Assembly (NCBI GenBank): GCA_964540055.1
Contig: CAZILC010000003.1
Location: 21,599-85,598, forward strand
Direction of reading: 5' to 3'
DNA length: 64,000 bases
Source of the DNA: an uncultured Gammaproteobacteria bacterium
Lineage (GTDB): Bacteria > Patescibacteriota > Microgenomatia > Levybacterales > UBA12049
The notes under the pieces are model-generated. The model was not told the DNA's origin. It was given only the letters and a program-made list of their open reading frames with translations, and did not search any database. The stretch's first letter is position 1; each line of letters starts with the position of its first letter. The translations under genes and the position numbers were made by a program. Positions 1 through 12,031 of the stretch are shown piece after piece.

Positions 1-1569
1 CAAGTGTTTCAATTGTCTTTCAACGACTCCCGGAAATACCCCAAGTTTTTCTGCTATAGCAGGCCTTCCTGGAAGTTTTTCACCCTTGCTAAGCTGTGTC
101 AGAAGTTCTCTCAGATAGATATCAACCCTCTTTGCATCGGATATATAATCGCCGCTCACGCGGGTAACTCGTGGTTCATTTGTATTAAGAAGCCCCCGTT
201 TTCCCAGTTTTTGATATGCTGTTTGGATTTGCCATTTACTTTCGCCATAATATTTGGCGAGTGTTTGTTGTGGTGGAAGTGGCATACCAGGCTCTAGTAA
301 ACCTGTTTCAATTCCTACAGCGATTGCATCTTGTAAATGTGTTGACAATGAGAGATCCGGTTGTGGCTGCGTACGAACGACAAACGGATCAAAATCTGGC
401 ATATCAAGAATCAATCGGGCATTTCGAAGTTGTGTAAGTGCTGCGCGTGCTGTTATTGGAGGGACATTTGCAATTGCTGCAAGTTCTCGTGAATCGGTAA
501 TACTGGTTCCAGGATGCAGCTCAGTAATAACATTCTGCAGTCGTGAGGCAAGTTGTAATGCTAGTGGTTCCTGTTCTTGGACTTGGGGGTTAAGAGGGCT
601 TTTTTCAAGTGTTTCACTAATTTTTTGAGCAACATCACTAATTGTCTCATGCTCACTCATAACAGGAGCAACAAAAACGTCAGCTGTTTGAGCTAAAACG
701 GGGGTCCGTACTCCTTCAGGGGCTGGTATATCAGTTTGTGCTGGTTTTGTCTGGTCAGGTGATGTTAAACCAGAAATGTGGAACATAGGTGTGGAAGGAT
801 GTATAGTTGGGCTGTTACCAGATACATGTAAGATAATTGGCGTGGGTGCGTTGCCTACTCCGGCTGTATCAAAAAAGGTAAAATAGTGAGTTGGCACTCC
901 TTGCCAAGGAGAGGAAACATGCGTTGTTCCATGTCTTTTTTTCGTTCGTTTGCGGTGCGGATTGAACCTTTCTCCGGTTCGTGAAGTCGGTCTTTGATCT
1001 GCAGGTCCTAAGGCCTCTTCAAGCTCGAGTCGTTCATCAGGTTCTATACCTCTTTCTCTGACAAAATATCCCTGATCCGCTTTTGGAACAAGTACATCAC
1101 CGAGTAGTTCCCGAGCTTTACGAATCGTAACGGTACTTACATCAAATTGTTCCCTCAGTTGTGCCAGAGAAGCAGTTTGGCTTCCTGGGGGGAATCTTCT
1201 TCCATCCCCTATTTCAGTAAGCATATGTGCAGCGACCCATTCTTGCAGTGACTGATCATTGGATGCCAAAATCTCTTTTTTGAATTCACTTAATGCTTCC
1301 TGGTCAATTGTGGGTGCAATAGAGCTTTTACTGCCTTGTGAGACAATAAGCCCCCGTTTTTTGAGTTCCCGTTTTGTTTCACTAATAATATGTCGGCTGG
1401 TACTATACCGGGTTTTGAGTGCGTCAATTGCAGGGAGCGGTTGTCCAGGTTGGTATTCCCCCGCGACAAAGCTATCAATGAATGCAAGCATGGTTTCTTT
1501 CCGGGTACGATTAGGCACAGGTCCTGTTTCGACTTGGTGTCCCTGATGAATAATTTCTGTTGTTGGCAT
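1..1569 (-). CDS. 3'-truncated CDS running off the window start (ATG at complement of 1567-1569; at least 523 aa, no stop before position 1). It is an array of at least five GntR-like winged-helix HTH modules.
   Basis: Manual minus-strand translation, not in the ORF track because there is no in-window stop: MPTTEIIHQGHQVETGPVPNRTRKETMLAFIDSFVAGEYQPGQPLPAIDALKTRYSTSRHIISETKRELKKRGLIVSQG... ending ...GEKLPGRPAIAEKLGVFPGVVERQLKHL. Modules fit G-x2-LP-x4-L-x3-[YF]-x-[VS]S-x3-[IV]-x2-A-x3-L-x2-[RK]-GL[IL]. The first 20 codons were rechecked base by base. Confidence 0.55.
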   Translation of the reverse strand, partial: MPTTEIIHQGHQVETGPVPNRTRKETMLAFIDSFVAGEYQPGQPLPAIDALKTRYSTSRHIISETKRELKKRGLIVSQGSKSSIAPTIDQEALSEFKKEILASNDQSLQEWVAAHMLTEIGDGRRFPPGSQTASLAQLREQFDVSTVTIRKARELLGDVLVPKADQGYFVRERGIEPDERLELEEALGPADQRPTSRTGERFNPHRKRTKKRHGTTHVSSPWQGVPTHYFTFFDTAGVGNAPTPIILHVSGNSPTIHPSTPMFHISGLTSPDQTKPAQTDIPAPEGVRTPVLAQTADVFVAPVMSEHETISDVAQKISETLEKSPLNPQVQEQEPLALQLASRLQNVITELHPGTSITDSRELAAIANVPPITARAALTQLRNARLILDMPDFDPFVVRTQPQPDLSLSTHLQDAIAVGIETGLLEPGMPLPPQQTLAKYYGESKWQIQTAYQKLGKRGLLNTNEPRVTRVSGDYISDAKRVDIYLRELLTQLSKGEKLPGRPAIAEKLGVFPGVVERQLKHL

Positions 1570-1632
1570 GGGTATATTATAGGATATTTTAGATTAAATG
1601 TAAACTATAGGTTGTTTTGATGAGTTGGATTA

Positions 1633-4548
1633 TTATGCAGCGAGTGCATCAAGATATTCTTGAGGTGCCCGGTTTGCCGGAATGATATGAGTTTTGATTG
1701 CAAATGGCTTATTTCGAGCTTCAAAATAACGGGTTGTACGAGTAATTAATGGCACATCATCCGGTATGCCATATTGACTGGCCTCAGTTGGCGTGGGCAT
1801 TTTGCTGCTTGTTCGTTCTTTCGTTTCATCAGGATCTGCAAATGCATGAGGCTGAATTGGCAAATTGTCTAAACTGGTACGAAGCTCCGTAAGCCAGAAC
1901 ATTGGTATATCTGTTTGCGTTATATCATATATATGTGCAGTTTTTGCACCTGCTAGCTTAATACCCCGAACATGACGAGTTTCATTGACAAGTTGCGTTG
2001 GAGGAATGTCTAAAACTTCTGCTTTAATTTTAGAGGGGATAAGTAAATATGATCGAGTTCGTTGTGCTGGTGTGTGTCCCCGTTTTCTCACCTCAGCAGC
2101 CCAAACTCTTGTATCATTGATATACGGGATTTCATTCATATCCGCAATAACTTCACGTTGCTGATCAGCTGGCAGGATAACTTCGGGTAGCTGTGTATCT
2201 TCTGTCCTTGGCAATTCCTTTGACAATGTTTCAGGTGGAGATGCTTCTGAAGTTGCAGGTGACTTAATGTCCACTGTGTGAGGCTCAGATTGTGATTCAA
2301 AAGTCATAAATCCAGCAACTCTCCCGAGTCGCATAATAGCTTCTTGTGTCGTTTCCTCAGGAGTGATTCTATGTTCAAAACTATAATTGACGAGTCCATT
2401 GAGAGAATGACCATCAAGGAATGCAAATTTACTTTTAAGAGCAGAAAAAGTTAACTCAGATACAGGAATTGCTAGTTCTTGAGCTGCTTTTTGGAGTATT
2501 TCGTATATTACTTTTCCTTCAATTCTCCCCCAATAAATCCTTTGATTTGTTCGTAGCGATGTTATCACGTCATCAGTTGGAGGATTACCTGCAATTTTTT
2601 CTCGCAGGAGTTTAATGGGATCTTTTGTGCTGCTATGACTAACGCTTAAAAAGTGTTTATACAGTCCTGATAGCGTTCTGCCCCCAAGAAGAGAAAAATG
2701 TTCGTCCAAATGAGTTTTCCCCCAACGGGTGATAGGTGGCAGTCTGTCTCCTTCTGCATCTCTTACCCTTTCCAAAAAGTTTCGAAGCACATCACCTGCA
2801 ATGTGGCCCCAAGGAACTGGTCTATCAAGTGAAAATGACAAAATTATATCATCAACCGATAGATGCAGATCCAAATCCTGTCTCATTTCAGTGATTGCAT
2901 CTACTCCGTTTTGGAGTCCTTTTTTATAAAAATGTTTTATTAACCCTTTAAGCTTTTTTTCATCCAGACTACTAAATTCTCTATCAAAATCTTCCCTTCT
3001 CCACAGTGAAAGCGGCGGTAATGCAACCTCTTCTAAATTTCTTAATCTGATAAGAAACGCTTTTATTACCTGTGGTGTAACCCGAGCCCATTGTATTGGT
3101 CTATCTAAATTGATAGCAGTATGCACATCTTCTGCAGTCATTGCAATTCCAACTCGCTCGTTAAGAAATGTTATTGGATCCATGTCATCTCGTTTTTTTG
3201 CCTCTCGAGCGGCATAGTTGTACAAACCTCCCAACGTATGTCCTTCTAAAAATGCCTTAGGCAACCTAAGATCATCTGAACCCAACATTGAAGGCGCGAG
3301 TCCCTCTTGTATCTGCTCAGAGAACCACCAAAAAAACTCTCCTAATACTTCAGGTGAGACATGTGGCCATTCTACCCTTTTACCTCTTCTAACAGCTTCG
3401 ATGAGTGCTAGTGTATTGTGATACATGGGAGCCTCAGGTGTCCGTTTTGCACTTACGATAGGTTCTTCACTAAGTCCGCTTGGATCAGTTCCTACTTGTC
3501 CTCCGTTTGATGTTATTGCCATAAAAGAATCAAAGTCTGGTAAATCGGGTACACGCACGGAGTCGCTATAATATGGGAGAGAATGCAGCATAGCCATACC
3601 TACCACATCTCCTTCTATCCGTTGCTCTTGTAACAGAGCTGCATCAGTCATGATTGCATTAGTGACATGTTCTATTTGAGATAACCGTAACACAGGAGCA
3701 GCTGCTAGGTATGAAGCGGCAATTGCCATAACCCATCTCACATCTTCTTCAGGAAATCCAGTATCATGAGTATCTTTCAGTAAAGACAGGATTCTTTCTT
3801 TATGCCGTTCCCGCAATTCAGGCAATGGCTCTTTTCTTTCCCACATTTCTCTCACATAGGAAATACCGCCTGATACGTTTTGTGGAATTTCACCTGGAGT
3901 ATGGTGATATGTTATTGCTTCTTGCCCTGATAGAGCTGTTTGATCATGTTTTGTACGTTGAGGTACAACAACAGTCGTCTCATCCGTTGTAGTTGGTGGC
4001 GCATCCGCACGTGCACGTATATTTGCAGCAACCTGATGATCTGCATGGGTGATTTCTTTAAGGATTCCTTGTATTATCGTATTTCCTCTACGTACTCTTC
4101 TTGCATGATCTAATTGGGGCACGATTCCTTCAGGTATTGCCGGCTCCTCGACATCTGGTATGGTAACACCTTGCCTATGAAGCCAGGGAGGTTGCATAAG
4201 TATTTCTTCTTCGAGATCGTTTAATACTTCCCGTTGTTGTGCACTACTGCTCACAATCCTATTCCTTCTGTCTGATGGGTCAGGTACAATGACACCTCTT
4301 CTTCTAAATACAGATATTGCTCGATGAACTACTCCGACACTGGAATGATAGTTTTCAACGAGTGAGAGTGTTGTAGGAAATGGTGAACCAGGTTGTAGTA
4401 CGCCTCCTTTGATTTGTGCTAGCAGATCAATTTCAACTTCTTGTTGGGTTATAGGTATTCTTCGCATTTTTGGTCCAGTTGATCCTTCATTTCTGTCCGG
4501 TTTTGCCATAATACTGGGGAATATAGCACTTTTTGAAGAGAGAATCAA
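1633..4548 (-). CDS. Large (971 aa) hypothetical protein with an N-terminal GntR-like winged-helix module followed by four roughly 75-aa internal repeats. It is a paralog of the downstream partial gene.
   Basis: ORF track. N-terminus QPGSPFPTTLSLVENYHSSVGVVHRAISVFRRRGVIV fits the GntR HTH pattern and aligns with the N-terminus of the 1..1569 protein. The repeats each contain W-x2-I-x-G-x-V-x3-FL ... LPP ... L-x-G-x2-L-x-GLY-x2-F (for example QWARVTPQVIKAFLIRL...LPPLSLW...LKGLIKHFY and PWGHIAGDVLRNFLERV...LPPITRW...LSGLYKHFL). Confidence 0.6.
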   Translation of the reverse strand: MILSSKSAIFPSIMAKPDRNEGSTGPKMRRIPITQQEVEIDLLAQIKGGVLQPGSPFPTTLSLVENYHSSVGVVHRAISVFRRRGVIVPDPSDRRNRIVSSSAQQREVLNDLEEEILMQPPWLHRQGVTIPDVEEPAIPEGIVPQLDHARRVRRGNTIIQGILKEITHADHQVAANIRARADAPPTTTDETTVVVPQRTKHDQTALSGQEAITYHHTPGEIPQNVSGGISYVREMWERKEPLPELRERHKERILSLLKDTHDTGFPEEDVRWVMAIAASYLAAAPVLRLSQIEHVTNAIMTDAALLQEQRIEGDVVGMAMLHSLPYYSDSVRVPDLPDFDSFMAITSNGGQVGTDPSGLSEEPIVSAKRTPEAPMYHNTLALIEAVRRGKRVEWPHVSPEVLGEFFWWFSEQIQEGLAPSMLGSDDLRLPKAFLEGHTLGGLYNYAAREAKKRDDMDPITFLNERVGIAMTAEDVHTAINLDRPIQWARVTPQVIKAFLIRLRNLEEVALPPLSLWRREDFDREFSSLDEKKLKGLIKHFYKKGLQNGVDAITEMRQDLDLHLSVDDIILSFSLDRPVPWGHIAGDVLRNFLERVRDAEGDRLPPITRWGKTHLDEHFSLLGGRTLSGLYKHFLSVSHSSTKDPIKLLREKIAGNPPTDDVITSLRTNQRIYWGRIEGKVIYEILQKAAQELAIPVSELTFSALKSKFAFLDGHSLNGLVNYSFEHRITPEETTQEAIMRLGRVAGFMTFESQSEPHTVDIKSPATSEASPPETLSKELPRTEDTQLPEVILPADQQREVIADMNEIPYINDTRVWAAEVRKRGHTPAQRTRSYLLIPSKIKAEVLDIPPTQLVNETRHVRGIKLAGAKTAHIYDITQTDIPMFWLTELRTSLDNLPIQPHAFADPDETKERTSSKMPTPTEASQYGIPDDVPLITRTTRYFEARNKPFAIKTHIIPANRAPQEYLDALAA

Positions 4549-4557
4549 ACTATAGGT

Positions 4558-5421
4558 TTACTTTGTTTGCTTTTCTGTGGCTGTGAGGAGGTTTTCCATC
4601 AGCATTGCTACGTTGACGGGGCCGACTCCGCCTGGGGTTGGGGTATAATATGAGGCTATTTCTTTAATTGATTCTTCATCATAGTCGCCGTGGAGTTTAT
4701 TTTCTTTATTACGGTTGATGCCGACACTGATGAGAATTACTCCTTTTTTCAATGATTCTGGTTTTATTGTATTTTCCCGACCCACGGCTGAAATGACGAT
4801 ATCGGCTGTTTTCAGAATTTCATCAGGATTTTTTGTTTTACTGTCAATCAGATGTGGTGTTACGTTTAGTTTCTTCAAATACTCGATGATCGGTCCCCCG
4901 CCGGTTGGGCCTTTACCCAAAAGCGCGATATTTTGTTGCTGTAACCATTTCTCAAAACCTGTTTTTTTCTTCGTTTCGCCTGTATAGATTTCCTCCAATA
5001 TTTTTACAACGGAAAGCGGGAGCGGTAATGTATAGGGTGATTTCGGATGGAAGCCATCGACGTCTTTTTGAGGATTTGTTGTCAGCTCAAGCTTTTCTAC
5101 ATCTATTTGATCAGGCAGCGGGCGTTGAATTAAGATTGCGTGCACATATGGATCTTCATTTAACAATTTCACTTTTTCGAGAAGTTCATCTGTTGTAACA
5201 TCAGTTTTATAATTAAGAATAGTAACTTTTGCCCCGATCTCCTCCCCTTTTTTCTGTTTCAAGGTAACGTAAGCAACAGATGCCGGGTGTTCACCCACGA
5301 GGATAACGACAAGATGTGGAATAATTTTTTTCTTTTTAAGATGAGCAACGCGTTTTTCCAGGTCTTTATACAGTTTCTCAGCAATTTCGCGTCCGCTTAG
5401 CTTCATGCTTGTATTATACAT
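4558..5421 (-). CDS. folD: Bifunctional methylenetetrahydrofolate dehydrogenase/cyclohydrolase FolD. The true start may be the internal MKLSGREIAEK at 5403.
   Basis: MKLSGREIAEKLYKDLEKRVAHL...VILVGEHPASVAYV...LIQRPLP...DVDGFHP...GKGPTGGGPI.. are typical FolD N- and C-domain motifs. Confidence 0.88.
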   Translation of the reverse strand: MYNTSMKLSGREIAEKLYKDLEKRVAHLKKKKIIPHLVVILVGEHPASVAYVTLKQKKGEEIGAKVTILNYKTDVTTDELLEKVKLLNEDPYVHAILIQRPLPDQIDVEKLELTTNPQKDVDGFHPKSPYTLPLPLSVVKILEEIYTGETKKKTGFEKWLQQQNIALLGKGPTGGGPIIEYLKKLNVTPHLIDSKTKNPDEILKTADIVISAVGRENTIKPESLKKGVILISVGINRNKENKLHGDYDEESIKEIASYYTPTPGGVGPVNVAMLMENLLTATEKQTK

Positions 5422-5481
5422 TATTGGATTCAGAATTTGAAATCACAGGATGGCCAGCGTATTCGCCTGTCAGCACTCATC

Positions 5482-8031
5482 TTAATCCTTCATAAGGCAA
5501 GTGGCGGAGGCAATCCCATCTGAAGAATGGGAGAAGCGCATGAGGATGACTCCTTGGGTGTCGCGGGATAATTTAGGTATAGATGAGATGGCGAGTTTGA
5601 CAATCTGGCCTTTTTTGGATGTGATAATTATTTCTTCACTGTCCGGTGGAATTATTTGTGCTGTAACGACCTGACCGGTTCTGTCGGTTACTTTTGCAAC
5701 TTTAACACCTTGTCCGCCTCTATTTTGCAATGGGAACTGACTAACCGGGGTTTTCTTGCCCAGACCATTTTCCATAATGACAAAGAGCTCAGCGCTGTCA
5801 CCTTTGGCAATGACATCCATACCGATCACCTGATCTTTACTGTCAATCTTGATTCCCCGCACACCCATAGTCGCGCGTCCCAATGGTCTGACATGATCTT
5901 CATCAAATTTGATTGCTTTTCCATCTTTTGTGATAATAAGAACATTGCTCTTGCCATCGGTAAGATTGCTCCAGGCAAGTTCATCGCCTGGATCGAGTTT
6001 GATCGCGATCATGCCGTTTCGTCTGATGTTTTCAAAGTCTGCAAGACTAGTTTTTTTAACAGTACCGTTTCTTGTAGTCAGAAAGACATAGCCTGCTTTG
6101 ACAGTTTTTCCATACACAACAAAAGACATAACTTTTTCGCCGGCTTCGATGTTGAGAAGATTGACGATAGCATTACCTTTACTTGTTCTTGAACTTTCTG
6201 CAATTTCATACGCTCTAAGAGCATAAGCTTTTCCTTTGTTGGTGAAGAAAAGGATATTGTCATGGGTCTGTGCTGAGCGGATGTGGGAAATACCATCTTC
6301 ATCTTTGACATTCATACCAGTTATTCCTTTGCCGCCTCTGTGCTGTGTATGGAAGGTGTTGAGCGATTGGCGTTTGATATATCCAGTCGTAGTAAGCGTA
6401 ATAACAGTCGGTTCATTGGGGATCAAATCTTCTTCTGAGAACTCCCCTACCTTGCCTTTAAAGACTTTGGTACGTCTGGGATCTGCATATTTTTCCCGGA
6501 GTTTGCCCAATTCACTTTTAATTACACTCAAAATTTTCTCTCCGTGTGCAAGCAGATCTTCAAGATACGCGATCGTTTCTCTCACCATCTGCAATTCATC
6601 TTCGATTTTCTGTCTTTCAAGTGCTGCGAGACGGCGAAGTTGCATATCTAAAATTGCCGTTGACTGGATTTCTGAAAGTTTGAATTTGCTCATCAAATTG
6701 GTTTTTGCTTCTTCCTGGGTTTTTGAGGCACGAATTGTCTGGATGACGGCATCGATATTATCAACTGCGATTTTGAGCCCTTCCAGGATGTGCAGTCTTG
6801 CTTTTGCCTGGCGAAGCTCAAATTCTGACCGACGTTTGATAACGGTGTATCGGTGTTTGATGTATTCTTCCAGAATAAGTTTCAGATTCAACGTTTGGGG
6901 TGTTCCATCAACGAGTGCAACCATATTTACCGGAAATGTTGTTTGTAGGGATGTTTGTTTGAACAAATTATTTAATACTTTCTTTGGAGCTGCATCACGC
7001 TTCAATTCAACATAGATGCGAAGTCCGCGTCTGTCTGATTCATCACGAAGATCTGAAATACCTTCAAGCTTTTTCTCTTTTGCAAGATCTGCGATTTTTG
7101 CAATAAGAAGCGCTTTGTTCACCTGATATGGGAGTTCGGTGATTGTAATCGCTGATTTTCCGTTGCCGATTTCTTCAATTTCTGCTTTCCCACGAATGAC
7201 AATCTTGCCGCGTCCTGAGACATAGGCACTTTTAATCTCAGTAATGTCATAAATTGAGCCTGCTGTGGGGAAATCAGGTCCCTTGATAAATTCAAGCAGC
7301 TCATCAATCGTCACATCACTTGCCAGGGGAACTTTGGGTTCGGCAAGAGAAACAACTGCTTCTGCATTCGTAACAACTGTTGGTGCTTCATCGCTTTTTG
7401 TGGTTTTGGCTGCCTCGGATGGATTAATGACGGTTGTTTTATCAATCATATAATTGATCGCGTCAATCAGTTCACCGAGATTGTGTGGTGGAATTTTAGT
7501 TGCCATACCAACAGCAATACCTTCTGATCCCATGAGAAGCAAATTTGGAAGTTTGGCCGGCAAATACACGGGCTCTTCTTTGGAAGCATCAAAATTGGGC
7601 ATGAAGTCAACTGTTTCTTTTTCTATATCAACGAGAAGTTCCGCGGTAATTGCTGCCATTCTTGCTTCGGTATAACGCATAGCAGCAGGAGGATCACCAT
7701 CGACTGAACCAAAATTTCCCTGACCATCAATCAGTGGATACCGCATCGAAAAGTCCTGTGCAAGACGTACCATTGCATCATAAACAGGCACATCTCCATG
7801 AGGATGGTATTTACCCAAAACTTCACCAACTACCGTTGCGCTTTTTTTATATTTTGCGCTGTGGACAAGGCCTATTTCATGCATAGCAAAAAGGATACGG
7901 CGGTGGACTGGTTTGAGACCGTCCTTTATATCAGGAAGCGCGCGGGAGACAATGACAGACATCGCATAGTTCAAATACGATTTCTTCATTTCTTCAGAAA
8001 TATTTGTGGGTTGTAATTTGCCGATATTCAT
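5482..8031 (-). CDS. gyrA: DNA gyrase subunit A.
   Basis: [31 protein letters not shown], the catalytic-Tyr region [11 protein letters not shown]-terminal beta-pinwheel repeats, 849 aa. Confidence 0.97.
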   Translation of the reverse strand: MNIGKLQPTNISEEMKKSYLNYAMSVIVSRALPDIKDGLKPVHRRILFAMHEIGLVHSAKYKKSATVVGEVLGKYHPHGDVPVYDAMVRLAQDFSMRYPLIDGQGNFGSVDGDPPAAMRYTEARMAAITAELLVDIEKETVDFMPNFDASKEEPVYLPAKLPNLLLMGSEGIAVGMATKIPPHNLGELIDAINYMIDKTTVINPSEAAKTTKSDEAPTVVTNAEAVVSLAEPKVPLASDVTIDELLEFIKGPDFPTAGSIYDITEIKSAYVSGRGKIVIRGKAEIEEIGNGKSAITITELPYQVNKALLIAKIADLAKEKKLEGISDLRDESDRRGLRIYVELKRDAAPKKVLNNLFKQTSLQTTFPVNMVALVDGTPQTLNLKLILEEYIKHRYTVIKRRSEFELRQAKARLHILEGLKIAVDNIDAVIQTIRASKTQEEAKTNLMSKFKLSEIQSTAILDMQLRRLAALERQKIEDELQMVRETIAYLEDLLAHGEKILSVIKSELGKLREKYADPRRTKVFKGKVGEFSEEDLIPNEPTVITLTTTGYIKRQSLNTFHTQHRGGKGITGMNVKDEDGISHIRSAQTHDNILFFTNKGKAYALRAYEIAESSRTSKGNAIVNLLNIEAGEKVMSFVVYGKTVKAGYVFLTTRNGTVKKTSLADFENIRRNGMIAIKLDPGDELAWSNLTDGKSNVLIITKDGKAIKFDEDHVRPLGRATMGVRGIKIDSKDQVIGMDVIAKGDSAELFVIMENGLGKKTPVSQFPLQNRGGQGVKVAKVTDRTGQVVTAQIIPPDSEEIIITSKKGQIVKLAISSIPKLSRDTQGVILMRFSHSSDGIASATCLMKD

Positions 8032-8078
8032 TTTTTTGAGCTTTTAGCTTCTAGCGATTAGCGTCTCGATTTGACATT

Positions 8079-8618
8079 CTATTTGAAGCCTTCGTTTTTG
8101 TAGCGTTCGATACATTCAGTAATGATCTCTTTCGCTTCTTTTATATCTCCCCAGCCAAGAACTTTGGTGGTTCCAGGTTTTTTCAGGTCTTTATAATGCG
8201 CGAAATGAAACTCGATTTTTTGCTTCCAGCGCTTTCCCAGATCGTCAAGCGTTTGGATTGAATCTCCCGTATTTCTGTCATCTTCTGGAACGCAAACGAT
8301 TTTGTAATCCATTTCACCGTCATCTTCGAAGTTAAAAATGCCAAGAATTTTTGACTTTACCAGAACGCCGGTCGGAATGGGTTCATGACACACAAGAAGT
8401 ATATCCAATTCATCGCCATCGGTATCTTTTGTTCCCGGAATAAAGCCGTAATTGACTGGTTTTGGAAACACATTTGGTTCAACTCGGTCAAGGATAAATA
8501 TACCGTGTTCTCTATCATATTCTATTTTGAGTGAGGATCCTTCGGGGATGTCAACAATTCCGTTGACCCAACCTTCATCTATATTTCCCGGTGTAAGTAA
8601 TTTATTAAAATCTGGCAT
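8079..8618 (-). CDS. ppa: Family I inorganic pyrophosphatase.
   Basis: EYDREHGIFILDRV...YGFIPGT.DTDGDELDILLV...DYKIV are PPase signature and metal-binding Asp clusters; 179 aa. Confidence 0.88.
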   Translation of the reverse strand: MPDFNKLLTPGNIDEGWVNGIVDIPEGSSLKIEYDREHGIFILDRVEPNVFPKPVNYGFIPGTKDTDGDELDILLVCHEPIPTGVLVKSKILGIFNFEDDGEMDYKIVCVPEDDRNTGDSIQTLDDLGKRWKQKIEFHFAHYKDLKKPGTTKVLGWGDIKEAKEIITECIERYKNEGFK

Positions 8619-8651
8619 AGCTCCTTAATATTTTCTGATTATAACACAACA

Positions 8652-10700
<2,049 letters not shown>

Positions 10701-10726
10701 TCATGAGTGCTTTTCTGAGGATAGTT

Positions 10727-11035
10727 TTAAGATTTTTTTAATCCATTTGTTGATTTCATTTTTGTGAGATTTTTATCTGACCAGTTCCACCAGCTAAGTA
10801 ATTTGGGATCGTGTTTGGTTTCAGTTACAAAATATACCATGCATCGGAACGTATAAAGCATGCAGCGGTCGAGGGTTGTTCCTCGAAGTTTGTTCAATTG
10901 ATCATACAGTTGGTCGGGATCTTTGTGTTTCAACTCCTTTGTAGAGCGAAATCCCATATCCCAGAGATCTTCAGCTATTGATTTACCTACGCCGGGTAAC
11001 ATCTGGAATTCTTTTAGAAGCACTTTTCTATTCAT
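10727..11035 (-). CDS. Small helix-hairpin-helix DNA-binding protein (Cdd1/pathogenicity-locus-like HhH).
   Basis: LLKEFQMLPGVGKSIAEDLWDMGFRSTKEL is an HhH GIG-type motif; 102 aa. Confidence 0.4.
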   Translation of the reverse strand: MNRKVLLKEFQMLPGVGKSIAEDLWDMGFRSTKELKHKDPDQLYDQLNKLRGTTLDRCMLYTFRCMVYFVTETKHDPKLLSWWNWSDKNLTKMKSTNGLKKS

Positions 11036-11074
11036 TAGTATATTTTACACGATTTGTTTATCTCACTTTGCGGT

Positions 11075-11530
11075 TTAGGGATGAATAACAGCAAATGCAA
11101 CTTTTTTAGCGCCTGGTAAAATTTTGCGAATTCTTGGAGGTACATTTTTCGTATATCCCCATCTGTTTGCTAGTGCATTTACCAAAACAAGCCCTCGACC
11201 ACTTTCTGCATTCCATTTTGGATTTACAGGTGTGATTGGTATCTCAGCATTAGTATCTGCTACATAGATAAGTGCTCCTCCGCCGGGTAGTTGATCAATT
11301 CCACCTACAAAACTTGGTTGATCTTCTCCTGCGGAACCGTAGCGTACAGCATTTGTTGCAAATTCTGATCCTATAACTTGAGCAGTAAAAGAATCTCCAA
11401 ATAATCTAGTTCCTATCATCTCCCGAAACTCACCTATTGATCTACCTTCAGCAGCATATAATTTAACGCTGCGACTAAATTTCCCAGCACTTTCGGGATT
11501 CCTAGATCTACCTGTAACTTCAGTTCTCAT
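11075..11530 (-). CDS. Histidine-kinase-like ATPase of the anti-sigma-factor kinase type (HATPase_c_2, RsbW/SpoIIAB-like).
   Basis: SEFATNAVRYG (N-box-like) and GRGLVLVNALANRWGY (G2-box-like) match HATPase_c_2 regulators common in Actinobacteria. There is no adjacent STAS or sigma partner. Confidence 0.55.
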   Translation of the reverse strand: MRTEVTGRSRNPESAGKFSRSVKLYAAEGRSIGEFREMIGTRLFGDSFTAQVIGSEFATNAVRYGSAGEDQPSFVGGIDQLPGGGALIYVADTNAEIPITPVNPKWNAESGRGLVLVNALANRWGYTKNVPPRIRKILPGAKKVAFAVIHP

Positions 11531-11646
11531 AATAAAATCTTCCTATAGTATATCATTTTTCTGCTAAAATTCAACTTATCTATTAATATAGTTGTAAAAT
11601 TTATAAGACTTTTCTAATAGGAACGGACATTATATAATAGAAAAGT

Positions 11647-11985
11647 ATGACTATTGTTGGAAATCTGACACAAAAGCATTGCAAACCTTGTGAAGGCGGG
11701 GTTCAGCCGCTTACGCCTGATGAATATGGAGCGTATCTTCGCAGTGAGCTCTCAGGGTGGGAGGATGTGGATGAAAAAAAGATCGTTAAAGAATATAAGT
11801 TCAAAAATTTTCAGGAAGGGTTGGATTTCATCGCAAAGGTTGGCCAGATTGCCGAGGCGGAAGGACATCATCCTGATATTTATTTGCATAATTATAATAA
11901 GGTCCGTTTAACGCTCTCGACCCACGCGATAAAAGGACTTTCAGAAAATGATTTTATCCTCGCCTCCAAAATTGATGCAAAATGA
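11647..11985 (+). CDS. Pterin-4a-carbinolamine dehydratase (PCD/DCoH).
   Basis: EGHHPDIYLHNYNKVRLTLSTH matches the PCD signature [E]-x-H-H-P-x(5,6)-[YW]-x(9)-H-x(8)-G; 112 aa. Confidence 0.8.
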   Translation: MTIVGNLTQKHCKPCEGGVQPLTPDEYGAYLRSELSGWEDVDEKKIVKEYKFKNFQEGLDFIAKVGQIAEAEGHHPDIYLHNYNKVRLTLSTHAIKGLSENDFILASKIDAK

Positions 11986-12031
11986 TCCACAAAGCTTGAC
12001 CAGGAGCGATTTGCCATGTTAAGGTAGTTGT

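Noticed and set aside
5656-7675. Plus-strand ORFs (5656-6192, 6236-7015, 7265-7675) and similar antisense ORFs inside gyrB, recG, tyrS, pheT and the Cys-rich genes.
   Set aside because: They lie wholly antisense to strongly supported conserved genes. Their low-complexity, Ser/Cys/Leu-rich translations are typical of out-of-frame noise.
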